Shown here piece by piece: positions 21,881 to 33,222 of a stretch of DNA of 33,222 nucleotides. Each line of letters opens with the position of its first letter. Position 1 is the first letter of the stretch. The notes under the pieces are model-generated. The model made no database searches. It was not told the origin of the DNA and worked only from the letters and a program-made list of their open reading frames with translations. Origin of the DNA: Basidioascus undulatus (lineage: Eukaryota); contig JTLS01000085.1 in assembly GCA_000826855.1 (NCBI GenBank), positions 1 to 33,222 on the forward strand, in the 5' to 3' direction. Both the position numbers and the translations under genes were made by a program.

Positions 21881-22299
21881 AGGCCGGATGGTCGAGTACC
21901 TTTTTTATGAACTGGAATAAAAGTTCGGTAACCAGTATTTACCTCAGCTTTCAGCGAAGACTGCTGACATCAAGAGTTATGGACGTTGACCTTGAGTACA
22001 AGAGCGACGAGTCCTGTGTGCGGAGCATGATGAACAAAATGCTTTGGTGAGCCGTTGATTTACTGGATTGAGAAAGAGAACTGGAGAAATTTCTGTCATC
22101 CTTTCGGCACACTGGTGTAAATGAAACACGCAACATGCGTTATGGGACACAACTACAGAATACAAGAAGCTCGCCCAAGGTAAGGCAAGAAGCGCTACAG
22201 CAGGTGATAATCAGGCGAGCAATCGAACACAAGAAAGCAGAGCAGCAACTCGGCCAGCCGAATCAGAAGCGTCCTTTTCCAAACCGTCTCTGCGTCCCC

Positions 22300-22859
22300 C
22301 CACGCGAACGCAGGCTTGAGGACCTCCTTCGCGAACTGCTCGGGCGTCGAGAACTTGACGCCGAGGTCGGCGAGCTCGGGCGACGGCTGCGCCTTGCCCT
22401 CGTACATGTCGAACTCAGCGTGGAACTGCTCTGATAGCTATTGAGGATCGCCTTGACGGACGCGCCGAGGTCGTGGCCGATGTAGATCCTCGCCATGACC
22501 TGGCCGGCGGGACCCATCGTGTTGAGGACGAGGCCGGAGCCTTCCTCCTGGATGAGCATGAAGGTCGTCAGGTTCTTGATGAACTGTGACAGCGAGAAAA
22601 TCAAGCCGGAGTAGGAGCACCCAGGAACAATGAAGACAGGCGCACTATCAAAGGCCTTCTCGAGGCTTGCCTTGTCCTTGAAGTCGCGCTGGACGACCTC
22701 GCAGCCGAGCTTCTTGACCGCCTGCGACTTGTCCGACGACGGGTCGCGCGCGACGGCGTGAACGTCGAAGTTGCCCAAAGCCAGGAGCGCCTTGATCACG
22801 GAGGTGCGTTGGTTGCCGGTGGCCCCGAGGACGGCGACGGTGCGGTTGTTGGGGGACAT
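22300..22859 (-). pseudogene. NmrA-like / atypical SDR NAD(P)-binding protein pseudogene with internal deletions
   Basis: MSPNNRTVAVLGATGNQRTSVIKALL (third Gly of GxxGxxG replaced by Arg)..VHAVARDPSSDKSQAVKKLGCEVVQRDFKDKASLEKAFD jumps straight to SAPVFIVPG/FIKNL, then HDLGASVKAIL, then a different frame MYEGK..LGVKFSTPEQFAKEVLKPAF. About 180 codons versus about 300 typical for the family. Confidence 0.8.
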
Positions 22860-23820
22860 GCTGATGGGTGGGCGCTGAAGTGGGAGAAAAGCTGCGGCGA
22901 GCGTCGGCAGCGTGTGAGTACTGACTGTAAAACGAGGGATGTCGAGGGGAGGCGACTTACTCGAATTCTGAGAGATGTGAAAGCTAGGCAAGCTCGATGG
23001 GGGGAGGTGAGGCCGTGAGTAAAAGAGAGGCAAGCCAGCGCATCGAACGGCGCTCACCAAATCGTGGGTGGCCCGTAGCAACGGAGCCCCCCCGAAGTTG
23101 GGCGGAGTGTCATGTGAAGCGGACATCGATGGGATCAGCGGTAAAGGGCTTATCAGGGACGGCATGTAACAAATAGTCTTGCTTTCCATCTGCAGGTTGC
23201 GCCCTCGAAAGACACGCGGCAGAGTGTATCGAAGTGGGGTTGCAGGCCTCAGGCGGCAGCGTTCAAAAGCTACCGACCCCCACTGATCGGCGAGCCACAC
23301 TATGCAACGTTCATAACGCTGAAATTTTGAAAGGTAGCTCGGGGCTTGATGGTCTGGGTTGTATCGATTTCAGGCAGCACCGTGGGATAAGCGGTGCCGA
23401 CGCTGCTGGCCTATTTGACTACTTAAGCACCTTTTCATTTCAATTTAGCTGACCTTTTTTTCAGCACTTCCGGGCTCTCTTGAGATGGGATCATCATGTA
23501 AGTCGATCATGACGCGAAAGCCGACGTCTCGGTGCGACCCATCCGGCATTGTCTGAGAGTGAAAGCGCCTCAGGCAATCGATGAAGTTAATCCTGTATCT
23601 CAAAAGTCGTTATGGCGAGCGTAATAAAAAGAAGCCCCATGGTAGGACATGTCTGCTTGTCGCGTGAACAACGCAACTTGCGGACACAGACTGCGCTTGG
23701 CTTTCACTAGCAAAGCCAACAGAACGTGTGCAAGTATGCAGAAAGCCAATATTACCCAACTATACAACAATGCCGTCTTTGCCTCCCCCTCCACACCCGC
23801 CCAATCGGGCACACGCACGC

Positions 23821-26286
23821 TCAAGCTCCCGCGCCCGGCTCCCCCTCAGCGGTGGCCTCTCCAATCTCCGTCTCGATCCCGCCCTCCTTCGGAACCTCAG
23901 CGGGGGCACCAGCAGGTAGGGGCTCGACGGGCGCGCATCCGGGCACGATCGCGGGGGCGGCGGCTGTCTCGACCGTCTTCTGCTGTGCCGTGGGCGCGGT
24001 CTCGTCCGCCATCTCGACGTCTGCAGGAACAGCTGCTGCGTGAGCCGCTACCGCCGGGGCAGGTACAGCCGCGTCCGAGGTCGCGACCACCGGCGTGGCG
24101 GAGGAGGTGCGCGGACGCTTGTGGCTGCGCTCGTCGCGCCGTCCGCCTTCGCCTTCGTCCTCCGAGTCCGAGAACTCGTTGTCGCGCTGGACTTGCCGGT
24201 CCCAGAGACGTTCTGTAGGTTGAGCGGGAGAGCTAATCAGCCGCTTGCGGGACAGTAAATCGCTGCCAAGGATCGAGATTGAGCCTACGAGGTTTGCGTT
24301 CGTTCGGGTCGTCATTGTCGTCCTCAACGTCGTCGTCTTGATCGTGCGACATCCGAGGGACCTCTGAAAGAAAATAGGGTTGTCAGCTTGAGGGGATGTG
24401 CAGGTCCCGCAGAAGACCTGCTCACCCTGCATCTGCACACCCGGCGCATGGCCCTGGCCGCGCATGGTCTCGAATACCTGCGCCTTGACCTTCTCGAGGT
24501 ATTCGCGCGTGTTCATGTCGTCCATGTTGGACTGGGGAACATCCATCTTGTAGTCCGGGCCGAAGTACTCGTAGTACTCGTTCACAGGCAGTCCTGTTGC
24601 CGGCGTCACACGGTGAGCTGGTCCTTGAGGTCATGGCGGCGAGGCGGACGCACGAGATCCGAGTTCCTGCCCAACAGCGACGCCAGTCTCGAACGCCCAC
24701 GCTCGCGAGACGTTCTTAATGGTGTAGCCTCCACCGCCGAGGAGAAGCAGCGGTAGGTTGAACGACTTGACGAAGGAGACGCAGTTTGCATGACCTGCAG
24801 CAACCGCGGATCTGTCAGCTCTCTCACGAATCGCTCCCGCACATGACAGTCAGGTCGCTTACCGCGCATGGAGAGGTTGAAACAGCCGAGCTTGTCGCCG
24901 GAGAGCGAGTCGGAGCCACATTGCAGGACGACCGCGGAAGGGCGGTACCAGTTCATGATGTGGGAGATGACCTGCATGACGATAGCCGTGAGGACGAGCA
25001 CTAGAGTAGCTCCGCGCAGCCACATACCGGCTCGAACACGCTCTTGTAGTTCTCGTCTGTGATGCCGTCGCGCAGCGGGACGTTCACAGAGTAGTTTCGG
25101 CCCTTGCCGTAGCCGATGTCCTGCACGCTTACAGGTTCAGCGTTACAGAGCATCGAAGCAACGACCGTGAATGTAGACGTACCCTGATCTCGCCTGTCCC
25201 GGGGAAGTACTCGCCGTACTTGTGGAAGGAGCACGTCATGACACGGTCGGTGGTGTAGAACGCCTCCTCGACACCGTCACCGTGGTGGATGTCGATGTCG
25301 ATGTAGAGCACGCGCGGGTGATACCTCAGCAGCTCGAGGATGCCGAGGACGATGTCTGGGTTCGTGAAACAACGGTCAATTTCTCCGGCAGTGCGCCACA
25401 GGTCGTGTGGAAATGCGCCGACCGTTGACGTAGCAGAACCCGGATGCCTCCGACTTCTTCGCGTGATGCAGACCACCAGCCCAGTTGACGGCTATGTCGC
25501 ACTTGTCTCTGCTCAAACGTGCCGCGCCCTCTGATCGACCCATCGTCGTCAGGACTTCATAGGGACGTGCTGAGTCAAGCCGGACGGACCCATTGATCCT
25601 CCCGCAGAGATCGAGCAGTACTCGAACAGCCCATCGAAGACTGGACAGTCATCGCCAACGTTGACTGAGAGCGCCCAGGCGCCACGTCAGTCGCGCGGCC
25701 GGCTTGCGCCAATGGTAACTTGCCAAGCTTACACTTTGCCTGCTCCTTCGCATACGAGTCCATGTTATCCGGCGTGATCCTGTTCAAGAACTCGACGTAT
25801 TCGTCGGTGTGGAACTGGGTCATCTCGCGTTTTGTGGCCGGTTTTGCTCTCTACGTGCCCACATCCAAAGTCAGTCAAGTGGCCACGGCCGGGCGGGCGG
25901 AAGAGGACGAACGAATATCTCCATCTTCTTGTACAGTCCGTAATTCATGACGAGCGAGTGACACATGCGTATCCGCGTCGGCTTCATTGGATGGCCCTGC
26001 CAGAAGTGGAAGGGGCGCGTCAGTAGTTCCGGGAAGTGATCAGCAAGCTTGCAACCGCACCGGTCCATAATGGTAGTGCCCGATATCGGAATCAAAGAAG
26101 TAGCACTTTTGCGCGATGGGAGCAATGCAGTCAACGCAAAAGCCAGCGGCGAGCGAAAATATGCAGACAGAGCGAAGGGTTCAACGGGGACTCGTCAGGC
26201 TGAGCGCAAGAACAGCGACAGCGTGGAGCACGTACGACGCGCTTTTTCCCGTGACCCTCTATCGGGGTAAGCAAGTCTGCAGCCAT
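23821..26286 (-). CDS. RPD3: Class I histone deacetylase Rpd3/Clr6, 13 exons
   Basis: [195 protein letters not shown]. All junctions are in frame. Confidence 0.97.
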
Positions 26287-26826
26287 GCTGGTCGAGCACC
26301 GCTGGCGAATATGAAACGGAGAAGCTCGAAGAAGGGCGAGGGAGGTTTGACCTGCCGAATCCCCGAACGGTGAGTAAGGGCGTTTCAATATCAGGCAGGA
26401 AGAATAATCGGACTCTGTAATTCCTTTTAAACGAAAGCCGAGTCGAAAGCGAGTGGTCAGTGGATACGAGATGCGAGAGCGGAGATGGGGACGAGAATGG
26501 AGGAGGGAAAGAAGCGTTCGCGGCGCGCGCGAAAGGCGCCGAGGCCTGGCACCGCTGTCGCCAACAAACGTCTGAGTACGACACGCAATTGTGCTCTTCG
26601 CTCTTGCTTTCACTCAGAATCGTTCGTATGATGGTTTTCGCAGGAGATGAGTGCCCACTGTAGCCGCATTCTCGCTGGCATGATGGTTTCGGCCGATCTT
26701 GAGCTCAAGCAGGACGAACTTGGCAGGCTTGTGCATCGTAGAAACGTAAGGGGTTGAGCAATGTGCTTCAAATGCCGACACCCGACGCAAAGCATAACAG
26801 TACGTATAATTGCATGAAGATAAAGC

Positions 26827-29800
26827 TTAAAGGTGCTGCTTGCTCACGTCCATCAGCCTCCCGTCGGCGAGCGGACCCACGACCGCCAGGCTCTCCTTTC
26901 CTTCCCAGATCTCGGTCTTGTCCTTTTCCTCCAGCATCACCTTGTCAACCAGGCTCCCATCATTTCCAAATTCGCAGGCTACGGGATCGATCGCGCTGTT
27001 GTGCTCGTTCCTGCTGAGGAAGAAAGCGGTGCGCATCGCGTTCGCCGAATGGTCGACGACGTGCCGCGGCGGCTCTCCGGCACTTTGGGAAGAGTGCGAG
27101 AAGTCGGACTGCACAGGAGAGTCGCAGACGACGGCGCCGGATCCCGCGGATGAGGAGTTGCGCGAGTGTGAGCGCTGCTGTGAGCAGGCACTCGCTATCG
27201 CCGTAGCCGTGCGCCGGTGCTTGGGCGGCGGTCGCGCGGTCTCCTTGAGTTGTTTTACGGTCCAGCTGGTTGACCTTCGTGAGCCGAGGTTCATCATGAG
27301 AGATAGGTAGATGCTACGCACAGGTGTTGCGTCCCGAGCAGGTAACTGCGGACGACCTGGGACATGATCTGCCCGTTCTCGTCGTCCACGAGATATTTGC
27401 CCGACATGAGCGCCTCGTATCCGTCGTAACCTTGTGCCTAAAGGATCCAAACCGGGATGTTGTGAGTCTCAACACCCGATGCAGATGCACGGAAGCGCGG
27501 CCACTTGCCATGTACTCTCGCGTAACGACCTTGTACGTCTTGCTTCGATTGAGCGGCTCGCGAACCTCGAGTCTTCTCCGGAAGATGTCAATCTCTACCC
27601 CGTCGCGGTGCATATGCGACTCGACGTGCGCCGGAGGTTCGGGATGGAGGAACTCAACCGTGCGCACGCGCTGGAACGGCGGTGCAGTCGAGTCCCAGGT
27701 GATGCGGAAGCCGGAGAAGACGGGGAAGCGGCTGTGGGACAGATGGATCAGCCAATTGAAACTGGTGATTGCAGCGATGTGTTTACCCTTCTTGAGCGGG
27801 ATACGTGCTGAACGCGGATTCCAAGGCATCCCAAATGGCTTGACCCGTAAGTTCGAGCACGACGATCTGTCAAGCGAAATCAGACACGGCGCACCGCTTC
27901 GCGATGAGGAAACAAGGCGCACCGGATCTTGGAACGGCAAGATCTATTTGGCGCGGCAAGCTTAAACATTCCGCATGAAAAGTTGAAGGTATGCAAGCAC
28001 GCGTACCTTCAAAATGTCGCCGACAGTCACTTCACCTGGCTCAACGACCATGTCGCCACGCAATGACCCGCCGCAGATGAACACGCAATCCGCGCTGATG
28101 CCCTTCTCTCCCGGTCGGTTGGGATCCGGCAGATCTTCGTAACTATGAAAGGGGCAGTTCTCAGCAGATAATAAGAACGTCGTAGTGACTATATCTGCTC
28201 ACGCGTGCTCGAGGATGTCGGACAGCCAATCGCCGAATGCGCTTTCTGTAGGGGAACATCTCAACATGCAGTTGCGGAGAAGCGACAGCACAACGCACCG
28301 CGGGTCCGCACGATTTCGCTGCGGACGTCCCACTGCAGCGCATCGATCATTATCCAAGACGTGGACTGCGTCACCATTAAGACTTACAGGCGTGATCGTG
28401 TAGCATATCGGGACTTCCAATTTCTTGGAGAGGTTGCCCATGACATTTTGCACGATCTTCGCGACGACCGGAGAGGACGGCGAGGAGTGGCTTATCGCAT
28501 GGCGTTTGCCTGAAGAACGGTTCATGGCGCTTGTGGCTTCCTTCCATAACGCTCTCACTCACCGCAGACCGCGCTGATCAACTTGCGTCGAACCGAGCCT
28601 TCAGGTGCGTCCTCGAGGACGAGCTCGAGCTCCGTCAATTCTTTGAAGTCGGTTCCCGACTTCACGAGGCTGAAAGGCAGAGCTGAGCTGACGAACGTCC
28701 AGCCGAGAGAAACGGCTGGACACGTACAGCACTCCGTCGTCGCCCTCGGCGCCCGGAAGATTGGGGTCGGGCGTATAGCCCTCGAAAGGCTCGCATCCCT
28801 TCGAAATATAGAACATATGGTCGCTAGAAGGCAAAGATTAGAGGAAGAGTACCGGCGGTGAGCAGGCAATGTGGGCTCACTGTCCGCCGAAGATGATGTC
28901 CGCCCCCTGCTCGTTGTGCACGCCTTTGCTAGCCGGGACGGCACCAATCTGCTTGGCGAGAGCAATATCCTGTCTCCGATTGCGTCAGAAAGGATATAGT
29001 ACTGCTCGTACTGCTCCTCTGAGCAATGACATACGTTCGGCAAGCGAGAGTGCGTAAGCGCAATGACGAGGTCAACGCGATGCGGTCCCTGCGGGTCACG
29101 AAGCTCCTTGGACAGCTCGCGCGCGACGTCGACCTCCGACTTGTGCACGTAGTTGGCGTCCCATGCCGGAACCGTCGCGATCCAGTCCCTGTGGTGCAAC
29201 AGCTCAGCTAGGTGTTCCCCGACTTGTGTGCGAACGTCTCACTTCTCAACCAGGCCAATCACCCCGACCTTGAGACCCCTGACATCGGTCGTCCAGAACG
29301 GCGGCGTCCAAGGTTTTCCCGTCTCGACGTGCACGATGTTGCTCAACAGCCACGGGATGTTGGTTTGACCGATGAGCTGCAAAGTGAACTAGAATCAGGA
29401 CGTGATCAATGATCGTAGGCCCGACTCTTCAAACCTTCTGCAGATGCGGCAACCCGAAGTCCTGAGATGGGAGTGAGAGTGAGCCGCTCGTTCATCAGCA
29501 CATTGGGAAAACAGTATACGGACATGGTCGTGATTGCCGAGGCATGCAACCGAGATCCCGAGCGCGTTGAGCACGGGCACCATGTGCGTGCCCCGGGTCA
29601 CGGACGACTCCACAGACGGATTGAAGACCTGAGAGCCGTCGGGGTAACGTCAGCAATGCGGTAGGTGCCTCTGCGTCTCGTCAGTGACGGGTGAAAGGGC
29701 GCTCGTACATCTCCGCTGAAGAGCGTCAGACCATCCGGCGTGCCATCTTCCTTCGTTGGCCAGCGTTCATTCCGAATGGCCTCGATCGTGCCGGCGAAGT

Positions 29801-29940
29801 TGGACACGTCTAAGTTTGCCGGTCATGAGCGTGGATCTCCAGACGGGCTATTCGCATCAGTTACCTAGATCCTTTTGTTTGATCGAATACACATCATTAA
29901 AGTGTACCAACGGCAAGGTCGTGGCGACGGTGGACGACAT
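26827..29940 (-). CDS. 5'-nucleotidase family protein (calcineurin-like metallophosphoesterase plus 5'-nucleotidase C-terminal domain), many exons
   Basis: VHFNDVY, LFSGD|VFNPSVESSVTRGTHMVPVLN..LGNHDH|DFG, PWLLSN, VGVIGLVEK|DWIAT, IALTHSRLPN|D, IFGGHDH, VKSGTDF, ICGGSLRGD, ILPFQDP|IVVLEL..DALE..YPAQEG|RFPVFSG, YKVVTREYM|AQGYDGY. No signal peptide seen. Confidence 0.92.
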
Positions 29941-30709
29941 GCTGATGCGAGCAAATCGAGCGATTGAACAGAGATTCGATGCAGGAGCGCGAGCGGCGGC
30001 GAGACGGTGAGCCACGGAGTGATCGAGGTAGGTTGTATGATTTGCTCAGTAACGGAAGGTCGTGAGAGTGTGTTTTTCGAATCAGGAGTGTCAGTTTACA
30101 AATGAAAGAGATGATGGTACGAGCTGAGGGGCTGTGTCCGTCATCTCCGCGAACTTCGAAGCTCGATCGTCGGCCGCGCTGACGCCGGCGCCGAGCTGGC
30201 TGACCAGGGAGCCGTGCACCACGTTTGGTCTTGTCAGGTTCATTCGACCGCAAGCCCCTCTTGACTTCGCAGACATTCTCAGAACGCGTCGATGGCAAGT
30301 GTATTAGGCGAACCACTAGAAGTCTTCGTACGTGCAAGCTGTGCCAAAGAGACAAAATGAGTGGAAAAGACGACGACCCTCAAAAGAACGGACAAAAGGT
30401 TAGGGATCAAGAGAAGCAGTGAGAAAGGCAAAAAGGGTCGTAGAAAGGTCGTGTACATTGTGCGTGGCGGAGGCGTGGATGTGTTGTGTGAATGCGGATG
30501 AAGCAGTGATTCAGAAAATGTGGACAGCCGAAAGGTACGAGACGAGAGACTGTGGTGTGAGGCAATCGTGGTATGCGGAGTGTAGGTGGAAGCACAAATA
30601 AAAGAAATACACTATGCAGCGAAACACATAGGTTAAAAACTAAAGATGTGACAAGATATGAACGGGGTATCGTCGGAAAGGTTTATGTGCCGCGTGTGCC
30701 GCGTGTCGT

Positions 30710-33222
30710 TCAACGCTTCTTGGTGCTAACGCGGATGGCGCGAGCGAGCTTCGAGTCGGCGAAGGACCACGTCGGGTCGACCTGCGTTACGAAAGCGTCC
30801 TGCGCCAGCGCGGAAGCAGTCGGGCGCTCGCGAGGATCCCTGCAAGGGAGGAAAGCACCAATCAGCTGCTGCCCCCACACCGCATGCGAAGCAAGGGTCA
30901 ACATACTTTTGGAAACACATATCCTTGAAGCGAGCCGCTTCCGGGGAAAGCTGGACACCGTCCGGAAACGGAGGCGCCTGGCCCTGGCCGAGCTGGAGCA
31001 CGAAAGTACAGGTCAGCAAGGGGTGAACAAGTAGAGCAAGAGCACACAGGCAACACGGACCAAAGTGAGCACTTGGAGCATTGTGGACCCGAACCATGGC
31101 GGCTTGGCGGTGAGCATCTCAAGCAGGACGCAGCCCAAGCTCCAGATGTCGCATTTCGCGCTGTAGCCGCGCAGGCCGACGCTGCTGTGGGCGCCCAGAG
31201 AGGGGTCGACAACCTCGGGCTGCACGGGACATTTGTTTGCGTTGAGCACAAGGTCATGCCGATGTCACAGGAAAAAAAAAAACCCACGGCCATCCAGTAG
31301 AACGTGCCCCTCATGTTGGTCGACACAGCGTGCGTGTCGTACGGACCGTCCTCTAGAGAGGCGGGAAGACGATCAGCGACCCACTGTCCATGACGGAACC
31401 TGCGCTTCCAACGCACCGGTTTCCTTGCTTACGCCAAAGTCCGAGATCCGGACATTGCCCTCGAAGTCGACGAGCAGGTTGTCGGCTTTGAGATCCTACG
31501 AGTAATAACAGAGCTCGTCAGAATACGACCGTCGCAGAGCTGGACGCGGCACAGCGGCGTACGCGGTGAAGGATGTTGCGATCGTGCAGATACGCCAAGC
31601 CGTCCAGGACCTGCTTCATGAAGTTACGGACGACGTTGTCCTCGAACGGGCCGTGTCGTTTCAGACACCGCATGACGGATCCACCAGGAACATACTCCAA
31701 GAAGCTGCTCGCAGGCACGACCGACACCACCAAAGCATCAGCATTTTACCTCCAGCACCGCCGGCGAAAAGGAACGGAACGACGCACATGCTCAAGAAGC
31801 TGTCGGTGCGCTCGAAGCCAAGGTACGAAACGATGCGCGGGTGGTCGAGGTCTTTCAGGAGCTCAATCTCGTGCATGATCGAGCGCATGATCTTGTCGTC
31901 CTCGCGCTCACGCGTGGTCTCGACCTGCTTGACCGCCATCGGCTCGCCCGTCGTCGCGTTGAGCGCGAGGTACACGTGCCCGAACGAGCCCTTGCCGATG
32001 AGCTCGCCCTTGACCCACTTGATCGGTGCTGCAGTTCCCCCCAAGATCGACCAGTAAGTACACAGCCGCAAGCGGGAAAAAGGGCCATGGGTGAACGATG
32101 AGACGTACGTCGTTCAGCTGCCGGCGATGACGGGGCCGACGCGGAGCTGGGCGTCGCGCTACCCGGCTCGCCAGGGACGACCTCGACGACGCGCTGGCCC
32201 CAGAGCATGGTGCTCTTCCTGCGGAGGTTGGCCGCGCCCGTTTCCTCCCTCCGTATAGACTTGGCGCGGTCGAGCTGGCGGCGATGGTCGAGTGCGGCGT
32301 GGCGGATCGTGCGGTGGCGCCTAACGCGCGCGGGCGGCGCGACGACGGGCGGCGCGTCCTGCTGGCCGGGGGAGGGGGACGGTGTGCCCTGCCCCGGCGC
32401 GACTTCGGCGACGGGCTTGCCGAGGTCGTGCCCGGGTAAGTACACCTCGAGGTTGTCGATGACCTCCTCCGGGTTTGGGCGGAACAGCGTCTCCTGGTCC
32501 GCTCGGTCCTTGATCGTATTGCCGCGGGCGAGCCGCGCAGTAGGCACGAGAGGTTTGTCCTCCTCCGCGACCGCGTCTGAGGCATGCTGGCGCGGGTCGA
32601 GAGGATCGGGCGAGCGTGAGGTGGGGATGTCGAGGGGAGGCAACATGACGGCGGGCTTGCGCGGCGAAGCTGACGAGCGATTGCCGGCGCGTGCGGCGCT
32701 TTTGCGAAGGAGCCCTCCAGGCGACGTCGCTTGCGGGCTGCTCAGCGGCACATCCTCGTCGACCGTTTCCGGACGAACGGGTTCCGGGGGCGCTGCCGGC
32801 GCGACGGGCTGGGTCGGTGCGACGGGCTGGAGCGGCACGCCCCATGTTCCGCCCATGCTCTCGTCCGAGTCGTCATCCTCCTCCGCAGAGAAGTATGCCT
32901 TAGGAGGCGCTAGCGCGGCTCGCTGCGGCTCGTCCGCGATGCCCACACCGTTGCTCCCCAACGACGCGTCGAGCTGGCTGTCGAACTCCGCAGACAACGT
33001 CGCCGTCGCCGCGCTGTTGTCCGAGTCGCCCGAGCCCTGGCGGTGGGCGGGAGCAGTTGCATGCGGGGGCGGAGTCGGGAGCGGGGCGCGCTTGGTCGGC
33101 ATGATGGTGAGCTGGTCCTGCTCGAACGGCGGGGGCGAGGCCGCGACAGCGAGGGAGGCGGCAGCAGCGGACCCAGGCAAGGGCGCGAGAGGGATCTTCC
33201 ACCCGTCGTCCGACTCCGTGTC
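30710..33222 (-). CDS. BCK1: MAP kinase kinase kinase, Bck1/Mkh1 type (cell-wall integrity pathway); 5' part outside the window
   Basis: [93 protein letters not shown]. The pre-kinase motifs [23 protein letters not shown] and RRKSTMLWG favour Bck1 over Ste11. Confidence 0.88.

Noticed and set aside
22263..23300. 345-aa ORF as an intact NmrA protein
   Set aside because: The first 147 residues or so are upstream non-coding read-through, and the NmrA part is deleted and frameshifted.
30710..33222. MAPKKK plus Clp1 as a sign of a mating-type (pheromone/receptor) locus
   Set aside because: The kinase has Bck1-type rather than Ste11-type motifs. I found no STE3 receptor, CAAX pheromone precursor or homeodomain gene in the window.
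1..33222. Most genes on the minus strand as an operon-like or functional cluster
   Set aside because: The functions are unrelated (chaperone, complex I, V-ATPase, HDAC, MAPKKK) and the count is too small to exclude chance.

Overview
Eukaryotic, intron-rich fungal DNA, most likely a basidiomycete. Short GT/GC-AG introns with GTGCGT/GTACGT/GTGAGT donors, high GC3 and a Clp1-like gene fit a Pucciniomycotina/Microbotryomycetes-like yeast, but that placement is inference. Most raw ORFs in the track are artefacts of high GC and splicing. Conserved genes I could splice by eye without lesions: NDUFS3/NUO-30, VMA7, SPF27/BCAS2, RPD3, a 5'-nucleotidase and the in-window part of a BCK1-type MAPKKK. MDJ1 runs off the left edge with an unresolved 3' junction. 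Also present are an intronless Clp1 (clampless)-like gene, an IFI6/IFI27-like membrane protein gene and an uncharacterised 'GDR..LLALLAAKEAEDKRQAALD' gene. The most striking feature is that much of the apparent intergenic DNA is decayed genes. At least seven are recognisable: a secreted GH43 glycoside hydrolase, a MYND-finger gene, two paralogous kinases, an NmrA-like gene, and dead local duplicates of the IFI27-like and uncharacterised genes. They are broken by stops, internal deletions and short (10-16 bp) tandem duplications. I recognised no RNA genes, CRISPR arrays, intact transposons or mating-type genes.
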